A DNA stretch of 64,000 nucleotides from Fidelibacterota bacterium (lineage in GTDB: Bacteria; Fidelibacterota; UBA8477; JABMPR01), in assembly GCA_016844945.1 (NCBI GenBank), contig JAERTJ010000111.1:16387-80386 (forward strand). The letters run 5' to 3'. The position numbers were made by a program, and so were the translations under genes. Below, in pieces: positions 63,523-64,000 of the stretch. The notes beneath the pieces were generated by a model that was given only the letters and a program-made list of their open reading frames with translations, did not search any database and was not told the DNA's origin. How positions within the stretch are numbered: position 1 is the stretch's first letter; the number at the start of each line of letters is the position of its first letter.

Positions 63523-64000
63523 ATGCTTGAACTTCTCACACAAACATTTAATGCCTCCCTCATTGCTGTCACTCAGTTATTTCTATCTTCCGTAGTGACC
63601 AGCAATCCGTGGTTTGAAAACCTGGAGTTACAGTACTCCGGTGTAAAGCATGAAATTGTTTGTAACACCAAATTAGCAAATTCATTCACTGAGACGCTGG
63701 ATGATGTACTATTGTCAGGAGAAAACATTACCCTTCACTTCAAGTTCGAACTTTTTACCCCTGGTGAAGCGACACCAATACAAGCCAAAGAGATTATTAA
63801 TGGTTTTCGCTATGATAAAGAGACAGAAAGTTACTATCTGTTTAATTCAGAGACCCAGGAATTGGAACGGTTCTTTACCATGGAGGCTGCAAAAGATACC
63901 TACATTTCAGTAATTAACCTGGTGGTTGTCAACACTGACAACCTATCAGATGACAGGGAGTACTTTTTAAAAGTAACTGCTTTCCTGGATCCCATAAAAC
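63523..64000 (+). CDS. Hypothetical protein, 3'-truncated by the window edge
   Basis: The ATG at 63523 is preceded by AGGTGGA. The frame stays open for 159 codons to the window end. This ORF is absent from the supplied track because it has no stop. No family recognised. Confidence 0.5.
   Translation, partial: MLELLTQTFNASLIAVTQLFLSSVVTSNPWFENLELQYSGVKHEIVCNTKLANSFTETLDDVLLSGENITLHFKFELFTPGEATPIQAKEIINGFRYDKETESYYLFNSETQELERFFTMEAAKDTYISVINLVVVNTDNLSDDREYFLKVTAFLDPIK

Noticed and set aside
1-64000. Search for tRNA, rRNA, tmRNA, RNase P RNA, CRISPR repeats, IS inverted repeats and large direct repeats
   Set aside because: I found no GGTTCGAATCC-type T-arms, rRNA-like segments, regularly spaced repeats or transposase ORFs on visual inspection. 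The only notable DNA-level similarity is between the two paralogous kinase genes. A computational scan (tRNAscan-SE, Infernal, CRISPR finders, self-dotplot) is still needed to be certain.

Overview
Densely coding chromosomal window with about 60 CDS on both strands. I found no rRNA, tRNA, CRISPR array, transposase or prophage signature by eye. The host looks like a diderm bacterium: LptF/G permease, MlaD/MCE protein, HtrA, LspA and several predicted outer-membrane beta-barrels are present. Shine-Dalgarno-like AGGAG/AGGAA motifs precede many starts. The sequence is moderately AT-rich by eye (not computed). PPDK, NfnAB, IDI-2 and a type-2-like IleS fit an uncultivated, possibly marine or anaerobic lineage, but that is a guess. 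Most genes are housekeeping: argS, rsfS, mnmA plus a cysteine desulfurase, mgtE, ppdK, htrA, ileS-lspA, rluD-xerC-hpf, metK-ahcY, murQ, a PMM/PGM, fni plus a polyprenyl synthase, and lptF/G. The least explained content is envelope and signalling related. (1) At 44.4-48.7 kb, a roughly 990-aa acidic predicted lipoprotein is translationally coupled to a 455-aa predicted OM beta-barrel; I cannot place either in a characterised family, and this is my best candidate for an undescribed system. (2) At 18.2-21.3 kb, an 830-aa chimeric envelope protein sits next to a small secreted protein with a CX4CH motif. (3) Two tandem paralogous cNMP-domain histidine kinases lack a partner response regulator, and a third cNMP-binding protein is translationally coupled to an AI-2E-family transporter. 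(4) A secreted HExxH protein carries a C-terminal dockerin-like module. Three genes (rluD, the large lipoprotein, a GNAT) have conserved or functionally required N-terminal sequence encoded upstream of any in-frame ATG/GTG/TTG. This suggests AUU/AUC/AUA/CUG initiation or local sequence errors. All family assignments come from motif recognition by eye; no searches were run.
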